In this document: positions 52,744 through 63,144 of the stretch, in pieces
How positions within the stretch are numbered: the first letter of the stretch is position 1
Layout of the letters: each line of letters opens with the position of its first letter
From: an uncultured Pelagibacteraceae bacterium
GTDB lineage: Bacteria > Pseudomonadota > Alphaproteobacteria > Pelagibacterales > Pelagibacteraceae
DNA length: 63,895 nucleotides
Direction of reading: 5' to 3'
Assembly (NCBI GenBank): GCA_902590755.1
Contig: CACIYA010000001.1
Location: 1 to 63,895, forward strand
Made by a program: the position numbers and the translations under genes
Notes under the pieces: model-generated
The model's input: only the letters and a program-made list of their open reading frames with translations
Told to the model about the DNA's origin: nothing
Database searches by the model: none

Positions 52744-54027
52744 ATGTTATCTATTCATAATTTTAAAAAAAATTTTTTTTTAGTTTATGGACTTGGATTA
52801 ACGGGTAAATCTGTGGTTAATTTTTTTGAAAAAAATAAAATAAAAAATTATGAAGTATGGGATGATAAAATTAAGAATATATTTTCAAATAAAAGATCAA
52901 AAAATTTGAATAAGACTCTTCGAAAAGTTAATTATATCATCTTGAGTCCTGGAATAAGATTAAATATAAAAAAAAATTATAAACTTAAAAAATTTAAAAA
53001 AAAATTCATTACAGATTTAGATTTGATATTTTTATTGAAAAAGTTTTCTAAAAGTATTGTAGTTACAGGCACTAACGGGAAATCTACTACCTGTAAAATT
53101 TTAGAACATCTACTTAAACATAATAAATATAAAGCATTGTTAGGTGGCAATATCGGAACTCCAATTTTAGATCTAAAAATTAAAAATAATAATTTATTAA
53201 TAATTGAAGCTTCTTCATTTCAACTTGCTTACTCAAAATTTATCAAACCAGATTATGCGATTCTATTGAACATAACTAACGACCACTTGGATTGGCATGG
53301 AAATATAAAAAATTATATTGACTCAAAATTCAAGATTTTTAAAGGTCAAACTAAAAGTCAATTTGCTATATTAAACAAAAAATTTAAATCTCGCTTTAAA
53401 CAAAAAAAGTATTTAGGAAAATTAATTTTTCCAAATTTAAAAAATTATTTGAAAATAAAATCTAAAATAAAAAACTCTTATTTAAAACTTGATATTAATG
53501 ATGAAAATATGTCTCATGTATTAGAGCTATCAAAGTTACTAAAAATAAATAATAAATCGTTTATACAATCCTTTAGGACCTTTAAAGGCTTACCTCACAG
53601 ATACGAAATTTTCCTTAGAAAGAAAAACTATACTTTCATTAACGACTCCAAAGCAACTTCATTTGAGGCTACAAAATCTGCATTAAAAAATTCAAGGAAT
53701 ATTTATTGGATAGTTGGTGGTTTGCCAAAGAAAAATGATAAAATAATCTTAGATAATTTAAAAAATAATATAGTAAAGATATATATAATTGGAAAAAGAA
53801 TTAATTTTTTTAAAAAACAAATCAAGATAGAGATAGACTATCAAGTTACAAGAAATTTAAAAAACTCACTCACAAATATTTTTAAAGATATTAGAATTTC
53901 TAACAGAAAAGAAAATATAATTCTTCTAAGTCCTGCATCAGCATCGTTTGATCAATTTAATAACTTTGAAAGAAGAGGAGAAGAATTCAAAAAATTAAGC
54001 AATTATTATGCTCGAAAATACATTTAA
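52744..54027 (+). CDS. murD: UDP-MurNAc-L-Ala--D-glutamate ligase
   Basis: GLG.TG, TGTNGKST, GGNIG, EASSFQL, NDSKAT, LSPASASFDQF. Confidence 0.96.
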   Translation: MLSIHNFKKNFFLVYGLGLTGKSVVNFFEKNKIKNYEVWDDKIKNIFSNKRSKNLNKTLRKVNYIILSPGIRLNIKKNYKLKKFKKKFITDLDLIFLLKKFSKSIVVTGTNGKSTTCKILEHLLKHNKYKALLGGNIGTPILDLKIKNNNLLIIEASSFQLAYSKFIKPDYAILLNITNDHLDWHGNIKNYIDSKFKIFKGQTKSQFAILNKKFKSRFKQKKYLGKLIFPNLKNYLKIKSKIKNSYLKLDINDENMSHVLELSKLLKINNKSFIQSFRTFKGLPHRYEIFLRKKNYTFINDSKATSFEATKSALKNSRNIYWIVGGLPKKNDKIILDNLKNNIVKIYIIGKRINFFKKQIKIEIDYQVTRNLKNSLTNIFKDIRISNRKENIILLSPASASFDQFNNFERRGEEFKKLSNYYARKYI

Positions 54028-55135
54028 ATTTAAATTACAGAATTACTGGAGAGGTATAGATAAAAAAATTTTTTTTTGCTTCTTAACTTTATTTTTACTT
54101 GGTCTATTCTTTTCATTTTCATCTACCTCTTCTCTAGCGGGTGAAAGGTTAAACAAGGATTATTACTTTTTTTTTTCAAAGCATTTAATTTTCACAATTA
54201 TGGCTTTTTTTATAATGTTTCTAATATCAGCATTAGAAACTTCTGCATTTAAAAAATTTATAATACCTTTATTTACAGTTTCTTTTATTTGTTTAGCTTT
54301 AGTTCCTTTAATTGGTATTGAAGTTAAAGGAGCAAAAAGATGGCTTGATTTGTACTTTTTTAGACTTCAACCTATTGAACTTCTTAAACCTTTTTTTATT
54401 TTAGTCACTGTAAAAATTTTAACTCTAGAGAAATTACAAAATACCCAAATTAAATATTTATTCAGCTTTTTTTTACTTTCATCTGTAATTATTCTTCTGA
54501 TTGACCAACCTGACCTGGGACAATCAATATTATTAATAGCAAGTTGGATTGCTACAGTATTTATATCGGGCGTGAGCTTGCTTTACATCTTTGGATTTTT
54601 TTCGATTTTTTTAGTTTCAGTAAGCTCTTTACTTTTTTTATTTCCAGAAAAATTTGGTTACATAACAAATCGATTAGTTTCATTTGTTGATCCTAGTAAG
54701 GGTGATAAATTTCAATCTTCTTCAGCCTTAGACGCGATAAAACTAGGTGGTCTCAAAGGACAAGGTATGGGTGAAGGTGTTTTAAAAGACAGAGTGCCAG
54801 AAGCACATACCGATTATATTATAGCTATAATTTCAGAGGAGTATGGTTCAATAATTTCAACAATGATTATTTTTATATTTTTATATATTTCTTTTAGAAT
54901 TGTTAAAAATTGTATTAATCAAGATGATAATTTAATAAAAATTTCTCTTTGCGGACTTGCTGCTTTAATGATATTTCAAACTTTTATCCATATAGGAGTG
55001 AACACAAATCTCATCCCAACAACAGGTATGACTTTACCATTTTTAAGTTACGGCGGTTCATCTCTCATGGGCAGCGCTATTCTTGCTGGAGTAATCTTGA
55101 ATTATACTAAAAATAAATCTTATCTTTATGAATAA
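54008..55135 (+). CDS. ftsW: SEDS peptidoglycan polymerase FtsW
   Basis: GAKRW, QP.E, QPDLG, PEAHTD, P.LSYGGSS. Confidence 0.95.
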   Translation: MLENTFKFKLQNYWRGIDKKIFFCFLTLFLLGLFFSFSSTSSLAGERLNKDYYFFFSKHLIFTIMAFFIMFLISALETSAFKKFIIPLFTVSFICLALVPLIGIEVKGAKRWLDLYFFRLQPIELLKPFFILVTVKILTLEKLQNTQIKYLFSFFLLSSVIILLIDQPDLGQSILLIASWIATVFISGVSLLYIFGFFSIFLVSVSSLLFLFPEKFGYITNRLVSFVDPSKGDKFQSSSALDAIKLGGLKGQGMGEGVLKDRVPEAHTDYIIAIISEEYGSIISTMIIFIFLYISFRIVKNCINQDDNLIKISLCGLAALMIFQTFIHIGVNTNLIPTTGMTLPFLSYGGSSLMGSAILAGVILNYTKNKSYLYE

Positions 55136-56216
55136 AAAAATAAAAGTAGTTATTGCAGCAGGAGGTACGGGAGGGCATGTTTTTCCAGGATTGAATTTAG
55201 CTAAACATTTGATTGATAGCAATTATTTAGTTGAGTTGGTTACTGATAAAAGGGGTCAAAGATTTTTAAAAAATTTACAAAAAATAAATGTTACTTTATT
55301 ACCATCAGCACCATTTTTAATTGATAATATTTTTAGATTACTTTTTTCCCCGTTATTTATTTTTTATTCTGTTCTTCGATCAATCTTCTTTTTAATGTTA
55401 AAAAAACCAAATTTAGTATTTGGTATGGGCGGCTATGCTTCTTTTCCGATTTGTATCGCTGCAAGTATTTTAAGAATTAAATTTATAATTTATGAAAATA
55501 ACTTAATTATCGGAAAATCTAACAAATATTTACTCCCTCTTGCAAAAAAAATTCTTGTCTCTTACGAACAAATCGAAGGAATACCAAAAAAATATAAAAA
55601 TAAAATAATTGAGGTAGGAAATATAATTAGAAAAGATATCATAACATTCGCAAAAAAAAAAATTGAGGAGAAAAAAATTAATTTGTTAGTTTTAGGAGGG
55701 AGTCAGGCAGCAAAAGTATTTGCAGAAACCCTTCCTAAAATTTTTCAAAATTGCATTAGTAAAGGCATAGAATTAAAAATCTATCAACATTGTTTACCGT
55801 CACAAAATGAGAGTTTGAGAATATTTTATGAAAAATCAAAAATTGATTTTGAAATTTTTAATTTTTCAGATAATTTATTAAATTATTTTTCAAAAGTGTC
55901 TTTGGTAATAACCAGATCCGGTTCATCAGTGCTTGCAGAATTAACTAATGCAAAAATACCATTTATTTCTGTTCCTTTACCAACATCTGCAGATAATCAT
56001 CAATTAAAAAATGCGATTTTTTATAGTAAAAAAAATTTCTCTTATTTAATTGAGGAAAAAGAATTGAATGACAAGTTATTTTCATTAATTGAGGAAATTT
56101 ACAAAGATAAATCGAAATTAAACCTAATCTCACAAAATCAAACTCAATACTCTGACAAAAATGTCTATAACAATATTAATCGGGTATTAAAAAAGATAAT
56201 GCATGAAAAAAATTAA
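55128..56216 (+). CDS. murG: Undecaprenyl-PP-MurNAc-pentapeptide GlcNAc transferase
   Basis: GGTGGH.FP, GGY, GGSQ.A, HQ..NA. Confidence 0.96.
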   Translation: MNKKIKVVIAAGGTGGHVFPGLNLAKHLIDSNYLVELVTDKRGQRFLKNLQKINVTLLPSAPFLIDNIFRLLFSPLFIFYSVLRSIFFLMLKKPNLVFGMGGYASFPICIAASILRIKFIIYENNLIIGKSNKYLLPLAKKILVSYEQIEGIPKKYKNKIIEVGNIIRKDIITFAKKKIEEKKINLLVLGGSQAAKVFAETLPKIFQNCISKGIELKIYQHCLPSQNESLRIFYEKSKIDFEIFNFSDNLLNYFSKVSLVITRSGSSVLAELTNAKIPFISVPLPTSADNHQLKNAIFYSKKNFSYLIEEKELNDKLFSLIEEIYKDKSKLNLISQNQTQYSDKNVYNNINRVLKKIMHEKN

Positions 56217-57600
56217 TTTAGGACAATCAGAAGTTATCCACTTTGTGGGCATAGGCGGAATTGGAATGAGTGGTTTAGCACAAATTATGAAAAATATGGG
56301 TTTTAATATTCAGGGCAGTGATCAATTTAAAAACAAAAATACTGCAGCTTGCATCAAAGCTGGCATTAAAGTATTTAATGGTCATTCAAAAAAAAATATA
56401 AAAAGTTCAACAATATTAGTCAGATCCTCAGCTATTAAAAATACTAATAGTGAAATTAAATATGCTAAGAAAAAAAAAATACCAATTTATTCTAGAGCAG
56501 AAGTTTTAGCTGATGTCGTTTCTTTAAAAAAAAATATTATTATTACAGGATCGCATGGCAAGACAACCACCACATCTTTAGTTGCGAAAATTTTATCTGA
56601 TCAAAAATTAGACCCAACTATAATTAATGGCGGAGTTATTAATTCATTTAAAAGTAATGCAAAGTTAGGAAAAGGAGAATGGGCAATTTTAGAGGCAGAT
56701 GAGTCGGACGGGAGTTTTCTTAAATTACCAATAAACTATTCTATAGTTACCAACATAGACAATGAGCATCTTGATTATTATAAAAGTTTTAAAAATTTAG
56801 AAAATTCGTTTATGAAATTTATTGAAAAAACTCCACCAACAGGAAAAGCAATAGTTTGTATTGATAGTAAAAATATAAAAAAAATAATAAGTAAAATTAA
56901 AAACAAAAATATTTTGACATATGGTGAAAGTAAAAAAGCTGATTATAGAATTTCAAATGTTAGGTATAAAGTAAATTTTTCTATTTTCGATTTAAATTAT
57001 AAAGATATCGAAAAAAAAAATAGAAAAATAAAAAATATTCATTTAAAATTATTAGGAAAACATAATGTCCTTAATGCTGTTGCAGCCCTGAGTGTTTGTT
57101 TAAATCTTGGTGTAAATCAAAATATTATAAAAAAGTCTCTTAAAGGGTTTTCTGGAGTTCAACGAAGAATGACAAAAATATTTTCAAAAAATCAGAATGA
57201 TTTTTATGATGACTATGCTCATCATCCAACTGAAATATCATCAATCTTAGAAAGTGTAAGAAATGTTTTTAAAAATAAAAAGATAATATCTGTTTTCGAA
57301 CCACACCGTTACTCCAGGGTTTTATCATTAAAAAAAGAATTTGCTAAATCTTTCATAAAATCTGATTTGGTTCTATTGTGCCCTTTATACGCTGCAGGCG
57401 AAAAAAAAGATACAAGATACGATCAAAATAATTTCGGTAAACTCATTTCAAAATTTTCTCAAACTCAAGTAATCCTATTGAAAGATTTAAGAGAAATACG
57501 CATTTATCTAAAAAAGAATTTATTTAAAGATGAATTAATTATAGGAATGGGGGCAGGATTGATTTCTAAATCAATGAGAGAATTGGAAAGAACAATATGA
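56203..57600 (+). CDS. murC: UDP-MurNAc--L-alanine ligase
   Basis: GIGGIGMSG, GSHGKTTT, EADESD, DDYAHHPTEI. Confidence 0.97.
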   Translation: MKKINLGQSEVIHFVGIGGIGMSGLAQIMKNMGFNIQGSDQFKNKNTAACIKAGIKVFNGHSKKNIKSSTILVRSSAIKNTNSEIKYAKKKKIPIYSRAEVLADVVSLKKNIIITGSHGKTTTTSLVAKILSDQKLDPTIINGGVINSFKSNAKLGKGEWAILEADESDGSFLKLPINYSIVTNIDNEHLDYYKSFKNLENSFMKFIEKTPPTGKAIVCIDSKNIKKIISKIKNKNILTYGESKKADYRISNVRYKVNFSIFDLNYKDIEKKNRKIKNIHLKLLGKHNVLNAVAALSVCLNLGVNQNIIKKSLKGFSGVQRRMTKIFSKNQNDFYDDYAHHPTEISSILESVRNVFKNKKIISVFEPHRYSRVLSLKKEFAKSFIKSDLVLLCPLYAAGEKKDTRYDQNNFGKLISKFSQTQVILLKDLREIRIYLKKNLFKDELIIGMGAGLISKSMRELERTI

Positions 57601-58502
57601 GTATTAACCAAAAACTAATTGATAAATTTAATAAAAATATTTTTTATAATGCTGAACTTTCCAATTATAGTTGGTTCAATTTAGGAGGGCCTGCTGAAAT
57701 TTTATTTAAACCAGAAAATAAAAAACAGCTTATGGATTTTTTTAAAGAAAACCAAAAAAATAAATTTAAAATTACTATTCTTGGTGCTGGGTCTAATACT
57801 CTTATTAGAGATAGAGGAATAAAGGGAGTCGTTATAAAACTTGGATCAAATTTTTCTTATTTAAAATTAATTGATGAAAATATTATAGAGGTAGGCGCTG
57901 CAACACTCGATAGAAAAATTGCAAATTTTGCAAAAGAGAATGGTTTAAGTGATTTAGAATTTCTCTCTTGTATACCTGGTTCAATAGGAGGTTCAGTAAT
58001 TATGAATAGCGGTTGTTATGATTATGATATTTCTAAAGTTTTAATTTCAGTCAACGTCATTGATATTAATAAATGTATAGAAAAAGAAATAAAAGTAGAG
58101 GATATTGATTTTTTTTATAGAGGAACAGATTTATCAAATGATTTAATAATTACCTCTGTAAAGTTAAAAGGGATACCCAAAAAAAAAGATGAAATTGAAA
58201 AAAGGCAAATTCAATTTTTAGAAAGAAAAAAATTATCTCAACCTAGTCAAGTTAAAACATGTGGTAGTACTTTTAAAAATATAAGCAATGAAAAAAAGGC
58301 CTGGAAAATTATAAAAGAGTCCGGCTGCGAAGAATTCAAAGAAGGGGATGCAGAAATTTCAAAAAAACATTGTAATTTTTTTGTCAATAACGGAAAAGCA
58401 AAATCATCTGATATAGAAAAACTCATTAACAAAGTTAAAAAAACCGTTAATGAAAAGTCTGGAATTAACTTAGAGCTGGAGATTAAAATTATTGGTGATT
58501 AA
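57597..58502 (+). CDS. murB: UDP-N-acetylenolpyruvoylglucosamine reductase
   Basis: GG.A, G.GSN, IPG..GG..MN.G, GSTFKN, HCNF, LE.E. Confidence 0.96.
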   Translation: MSINQKLIDKFNKNIFYNAELSNYSWFNLGGPAEILFKPENKKQLMDFFKENQKNKFKITILGAGSNTLIRDRGIKGVVIKLGSNFSYLKLIDENIIEVGAATLDRKIANFAKENGLSDLEFLSCIPGSIGGSVIMNSGCYDYDISKVLISVNVIDINKCIEKEIKVEDIDFFYRGTDLSNDLIITSVKLKGIPKKKDEIEKRQIQFLERKKLSQPSQVKTCGSTFKNISNEKKAWKIIKESGCEEFKEGDAEISKKHCNFFVNNGKAKSSDIEKLINKVKKTVNEKSGINLELEIKIIGD

Positions 58503-59433
58503 AAAGAAAATTAAAAAAGTTTTAGTAGTGTTAGGTGGAACTTCAGGAGAAAGAGCAGTAAGCCTTAATAGTGGAAAAGCATGTATAAACGCACTTAAAA
58601 AAAAAAAATACATTGTCTCCAAATTTGATCCTAAATTTAATAACCTTAATTTAATAAAGAAAAAAAAGATTGATGTAATATTTAATGCTTTGCACGGTAA
58701 AGATGGTGAAGATGGTTTGGCACAAAGTTATTTTGAATATTTCAAAATACCTTATACTCACTCTGGTATAATAAGTTCTTTTAATTGCATGAATAAGATT
58801 ATTTCAAAAAAAATTTTTAAAAAAAATAAAATTTTGACTCCAAAATATTTCTCTTTAAATAATATTGAATTTAAAAAAGTTAATCTTAAAAAACTTATTA
58901 AAAATAAAAAAATTAATTATCCTATAGTAATCAAACCAGCTAACGAAGGTTCAAGTTTAGGCGTTAAGATATGTAATAACATAAACAGTCTTTTCAAATA
59001 TGCAAAAAAAATACACAAGAAATACAATCAAATTATTTTTGAAGAGTTTATAGGAGGACAAGAAATACAAGCTGCGGTTTTAAATAATAAATCAGTGGGA
59101 GCTATTGAATTAATTCCAAAAAGAACTTTTTATGATTATAAAGCCAAATATTCAAAAGCAGCAAAAACAGAACATATAATGCCAGCAAGATTAAAAAAGA
59201 ATAAATATTTTGAAGCATTGAAAATAGCAAAATTGGCCCATAAAGCTCTAAAATGTAAAGGTGTTACCAGATCGGATTTTAAATTCTTTAAAAATAAATT
59301 CTATCTTTTAGAAATTAATACTCAACCTGGTATGACCAATTTATCTTTAGTTCCAGAAATTGCTAAATATCATGGAATCAATTTTCCTGATTTAATAGAC
59401 AAAATTCTGCAAGATGCTGGAACTAATAGATGA
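58492..59433 (+). CDS. ddl: D-alanine--D-alanine ligase
   Basis: GG.S.ER.VS..SG, LHG..GEDG, EGSS.G, YDYKAKY, EINT.PG; start approximate. Confidence 0.96.
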   Translation: MVIKKKIKKVLVVLGGTSGERAVSLNSGKACINALKKKKYIVSKFDPKFNNLNLIKKKKIDVIFNALHGKDGEDGLAQSYFEYFKIPYTHSGIISSFNCMNKIISKKIFKKNKILTPKYFSLNNIEFKKVNLKKLIKNKKINYPIVIKPANEGSSLGVKICNNINSLFKYAKKIHKKYNQIIFEEFIGGQEIQAAVLNNKSVGAIELIPKRTFYDYKAKYSKAAKTEHIMPARLKKNKYFEALKIAKLAHKALKCKGVTRSDFKFFKNKFYLLEINTQPGMTNLSLVPEIAKYHGINFPDLIDKILQDAGTNR

Positions 59434-60092
59434 AAAAAAGGCTAATTATTTCATTAGCATTACTTGTGCTTTTAAGCACTTACAACCTACAAAATAAATT
59501 TGAACTAATAAATCCAAAACTAATTATCAAGAAAATTATTGTGGAAAATAATGAAATTGTTAGCGATGAAATTATAAAAAAAAAATTGTTATTTTTATAT
59601 AAAACAAATTTATTTTTATTAAACTCAAAAAGTATAGAAAATTCTCTAAATAAAGTTGATTTTATAGATAGTTTTGAGATTAAGAAGATTTACCCTAGTA
59701 CAATTAAAATTAGAATATTTGAAAAAATTCCTATAGCGATTTTACAGAATAAAAACATAAAAAGTTTTTATACCAGAAGTGGCGATGTCATAAATTACAT
59801 TGAGTCAAAAAAATTTGAAAAGTTACCAATCGTTTTTGGAAATAAAGAAAATTTTAAAATTATCTACGAAAACCTAAAAAAATTAAATTTTCCTTTAAAT
59901 GATATAAAAACCTTTCTCTTATTTGAGTCTAAAAGATGGGATTTAGTAACAAATCAAAATAAAACAATTAAATTACCTATTAAGAACTACAAAAAAAGCC
60001 TTGAAAATTTTATGAGTATTAAAGACCAATATGATTTTAAAAAATATAAAACTTTTGATTATAGAATTAATAATCAACTTATCTTAAAATGA
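59430..60092 (+). CDS. ftsQ: FtsQ/DivIB-like cell division protein
   Basis: N-terminal TM, POTRA-like region (K.YP..I.I.I.E), RWDL, D.R; follows ddl. Confidence 0.8.
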   Translation: MKKRLIISLALLVLLSTYNLQNKFELINPKLIIKKIIVENNEIVSDEIIKKKLLFLYKTNLFLLNSKSIENSLNKVDFIDSFEIKKIYPSTIKIRIFEKIPIAILQNKNIKSFYTRSGDVINYIESKKFEKLPIVFGNKENFKIIYENLKKLNFPLNDIKTFLLFESKRWDLVTNQNKTIKLPIKNYKKSLENFMSIKDQYDFKKYKTFDYRINNQLILK

Positions 60093-60095
60093 TTT

Positions 60096-61283
60096 ATGGC
60101 AAATGATTCTATTTTTTTTTTTATAGATATTAATGATTCCAATTTAACTTTTGCAGTAATTCAAAAAAATGAAGAAAATTTCACACTCGCCTACAACAAT
60201 AAAGTTCCGATAGAAGGTTTCAAAAATAATTTAATATCTGATTTTGATTTAGTAAAAAAAACTATTAAAGATAACATTTATAATGCTGAACAAAAACTTG
60301 GAGTAATTTTAAAAGAGGTTATTCTTATTATTAATAATTATGATTGTTCAATAATAAACTTAACAGGTTTTCAAAAGTTAAATGGATCCCAATTAACAAA
60401 AGAAAATATCACTTACATTCTTAATTCACTTAAATCTAAAATTGAGGAAATTGAAAATGAAAAAAAAGTAATTCATATTTTTAATATAAAATTTTCTCTT
60501 GATACAAAAGATGTAGAAAATATACCTATAGGATTATTTGGAAATTTTTACTCGCACGAATTATCTTTTTTCTTGATAAAGAGTCTTTACCATAAAAATT
60601 TACAAAATATTTTTAGTGAATGTAATTTAAAGATAAATAGAATTATTTCAAAAAATTATATTGATGGTATTAATTTAATTAAAGATGGTCTTTCATCTGA
60701 TACATTTTTGAATCTAGAAATCAATCAAGAAAGTTCACATATATTCTATTTTGAAAATTCAGCATTGAAATTTTCTCAAGATTTTAATTTTGGTTATGAA
60801 TTAATAATTAAAGATATATGCAAAATTATCTCATTTAAATCAGAAATGGTTAAGAAAATTTTGACAAATTTTGATTTTTTAAATATGTCAAAAGAAGAGT
60901 CTATAAAGAAAGAATTTTTTGAGGAAAAAAATTTTAGAAAAATAGAAAAGAGACTTATTTATCAAATAGCTGAGGCAAGAATTCAAGAAAAAATTGAGCT
61001 AATTATTTTAAAAAACCTAAATCTATCTAGTTTTTTAAAAAAAGATTTAAGAATTTTTTTAAAAATCAATGATTCTTTAATCTCGAAATCCTTTAAAAAA
61101 ATTTATCAATCATATTTGTCTAAAGGTAACTTTGATGTAAAAATAATAGAAAATTTTGATAAAGAAAAATTCTTTCTAAATACTTATTCTTTAGTTCAAT
61201 ATGGGTGGAAAAAAGAGGCAGTGCCTGTAGCCTTAGAAAAAAAGTCAATAATTACAAGATTTTTTAATCTTTTATTTAAATAA
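60096..61283 (+). CDS. ftsA: Divergent FtsA-like protein
   Basis: Position after ftsQ, about 395 aa, remnant FtsA motifs (AE..LG, IH, P.G..G, EARI.E) and a C-terminal amphipathic helix; ATP motifs are degenerate. Confidence 0.75.
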   Translation: MANDSIFFFIDINDSNLTFAVIQKNEENFTLAYNNKVPIEGFKNNLISDFDLVKKTIKDNIYNAEQKLGVILKEVILIINNYDCSIINLTGFQKLNGSQLTKENITYILNSLKSKIEEIENEKKVIHIFNIKFSLDTKDVENIPIGLFGNFYSHELSFFLIKSLYHKNLQNIFSECNLKINRIISKNYIDGINLIKDGLSSDTFLNLEINQESSHIFYFENSALKFSQDFNFGYELIIKDICKIISFKSEMVKKILTNFDFLNMSKEESIKKEFFEEKNFRKIEKRLIYQIAEARIQEKIELIILKNLNLSSFLKKDLRIFLKINDSLISKSFKKIYQSYLSKGNFDVKIIENFDKEKFFLNTYSLVQYGWKKEAVPVALEKKSIITRFFNLLFK

Positions 61284-61347
61284 TTTTTGTTATTTTTAGA
61301 AATATTTAGTGTTTTAATTCATTGATCGTGATTTTGTATAAGACCGA

Positions 61348-62259
61348 ATGTTAAAAAAAAATCAAAAGACTATTAGAGAAAATATAGAATTAAAAGGAAT
61401 TGGCCTACATAGCGGGATTGAGGTAAGTCTAATCATTAAACCATCAAAGGTTAATACAGGAATTCGATTTAAGAGAGTAGATTTAAAAGAAAATAATATT
61501 ATAAAAGCTGATTTTAAGAATGTGGTAGATCCAGTTTTGTGTACAAAATTAGAAAATACTAATGGAGCTAGTATTTCGACAGTTGAACATTTAATGGCAG
61601 CTTTTTACGGCGAGGGTATTGATAATGCATTGGTAGAAGTTGATGCACCAGAAATTCCTATAATGGATGGTTCCTCAGTTGATTTTGTAGAGGCGATCAG
61701 ATCAGTAGGAGTAGAGGACCAGACTGAGCCAAAAAAATTTATAAAGGTGCTTAAAAAAGTCGAGGTCAAAGATGGTCAAAAATTTATTTCAATTGAACCT
61801 TTAGAACAAGATTTAATTATTGATTTCGAAATAATATTTAATAATCCATTGATAAGAACAAGAAGAAAAGAATTTAAATTAAGCGATGATAATTTGTCTC
61901 CAATTTATAATTCTAGAACTTTTTGTCTTTATGAGGATATAGATAATATAAAAAAAATGGGTTTAGCTAAAGGCGGATCCTTGGATAATGCAATTGTAGT
62001 TCAGGGAGAAAAAATTTTAAATGAGGATGGATTAAGAAATAGGCATGAATTTGTATATCATAAAATTCTTGATTGTTTAGGTGATATAATGTTGTCAGGA
62101 AATAGGATTTTTGGTCACATAAAAACTTCCCAAGGAGGACATGCTTTAACGAATAAGCTATTGAAAAAGTTCTTCTCTGAAAAGTCAAATTGGAGCTTTG
62201 AAAATAGCGAGAAACAAAATCAAAATACTTACGAAAATTCGGTGGCAATTGGTGTTTAA
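61348..62259 (+). CDS. lpxC: UDP-3-O-acyl-GlcNAc deacetylase
   Basis: GIGLHSG, TVEHLMAA, PIMDGS, RTF, GGSLDNA, HKILD. Confidence 0.98.
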   Translation: MLKKNQKTIRENIELKGIGLHSGIEVSLIIKPSKVNTGIRFKRVDLKENNIIKADFKNVVDPVLCTKLENTNGASISTVEHLMAAFYGEGIDNALVEVDAPEIPIMDGSSVDFVEAIRSVGVEDQTEPKKFIKVLKKVEVKDGQKFISIEPLEQDLIIDFEIIFNNPLIRTRRKEFKLSDDNLSPIYNSRTFCLYEDIDNIKKMGLAKGGSLDNAIVVQGEKILNEDGLRNRHEFVYHKILDCLGDIMLSGNRIFGHIKTSQGGHALTNKLLKKFFSEKSNWSFENSEKQNQNTYENSVAIGV

Positions 62260-62306
62260 AATCGTTTAAATTTACCATTTGAGTTTATTCTGTTATTAAT
62301 CTTGTG

Positions 62307-63140
62307 ATGCTTGCAAGAATTTTTTTTACATTTATTTTAACATTATTTGTTTTATCTTGTTCTAAAGATGAAGTTGATTATATCGCCTCACAAAAAGTTG
62401 ACCCGTATAAGTCTTATAACGAAGGAATACAAGCATTTGAAAGAAATAATTTCTTTTTTGCTAACAAAAAATTTTCAGAGGCTGAGCTTAATTTTGAAAA
62501 GCCTGAACTAGCAGCTAAATCAGCTATTATGTCAAGCTTCTCTCTCTATGGGATAAATTTTTATGATGAAGCCCAAGAAAATTTAGAAAGGTATTTTAAA
62601 ACTTATCCTTCAGATAAAAATATTATTTATGCTCATTATCTGCAAGCTATAATTTTTTTTGAACAAATTAGTGACGAGAAAAAAGATCTGAAACCATTAT
62701 TGGAAGCTGATAGAAAAATTGAATTTTTTATTAATAAATATCCTGAAACAGACTATGCTATTGATCTTAAGTTTAAAAAAGACTTAATACAAAATCAATT
62801 AGCGGCTAAGGAACTCTTTGTTGCAAAACATTATATGAAAACGCAAAAATGGATACCCGCTATAAACAGATTGAAAGTAATTCTAAAAAATTATGATAAA
62901 ACAATTTTTGTTGAAGAGGCGCTTCATAGGTTAGTAGAGATACATTACCACATAGGCTTGGAAGACGAGGCTAATAAATATGCCAATATTTTGGGGTATA
63001 ATTACAATTCTGGTGAGTGGTTTGAACAATCATATAAAATTTTAAACAAAGATTATAAAATTAAAAAAAGTCTATCAAAAAGAGAAAAATCTGAAAAGGA
63101 TGAAAGTTTCTTAAAAAGAATTTTAAAAATGATGAAATAA
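62307..63140 (+). CDS. bamD: Outer membrane protein assembly factor BamD (ComL) lipoprotein
   Basis: Lipobox VLSC, TPR repeats, LAAKE, EEALHRLVE, LGYNY..EW. Confidence 0.93.
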   Translation: MLARIFFTFILTLFVLSCSKDEVDYIASQKVDPYKSYNEGIQAFERNNFFFANKKFSEAELNFEKPELAAKSAIMSSFSLYGINFYDEAQENLERYFKTYPSDKNIIYAHYLQAIIFFEQISDEKKDLKPLLEADRKIEFFINKYPETDYAIDLKFKKDLIQNQLAAKELFVAKHYMKTQKWIPAINRLKVILKNYDKTIFVEEALHRLVEIHYHIGLEDEANKYANILGYNYNSGEWFEQSYKILNKDYKIKKSLSKREKSEKDESFLKRILKMMK

Positions 63141-63144
63141 GTTT

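Noticed and set aside
683-62278. Many short opposite-strand or alternate-frame ORFs in the track (e.g. 683-931, 14830-15165, 27506-27718, 39568-39864, 44859-45173, 48050-48499, 61967-62278)
   Set aside because: They lie within or mostly overlap well-supported genes, have no recognisable motifs, and look like antisense or alternate-frame shadows.
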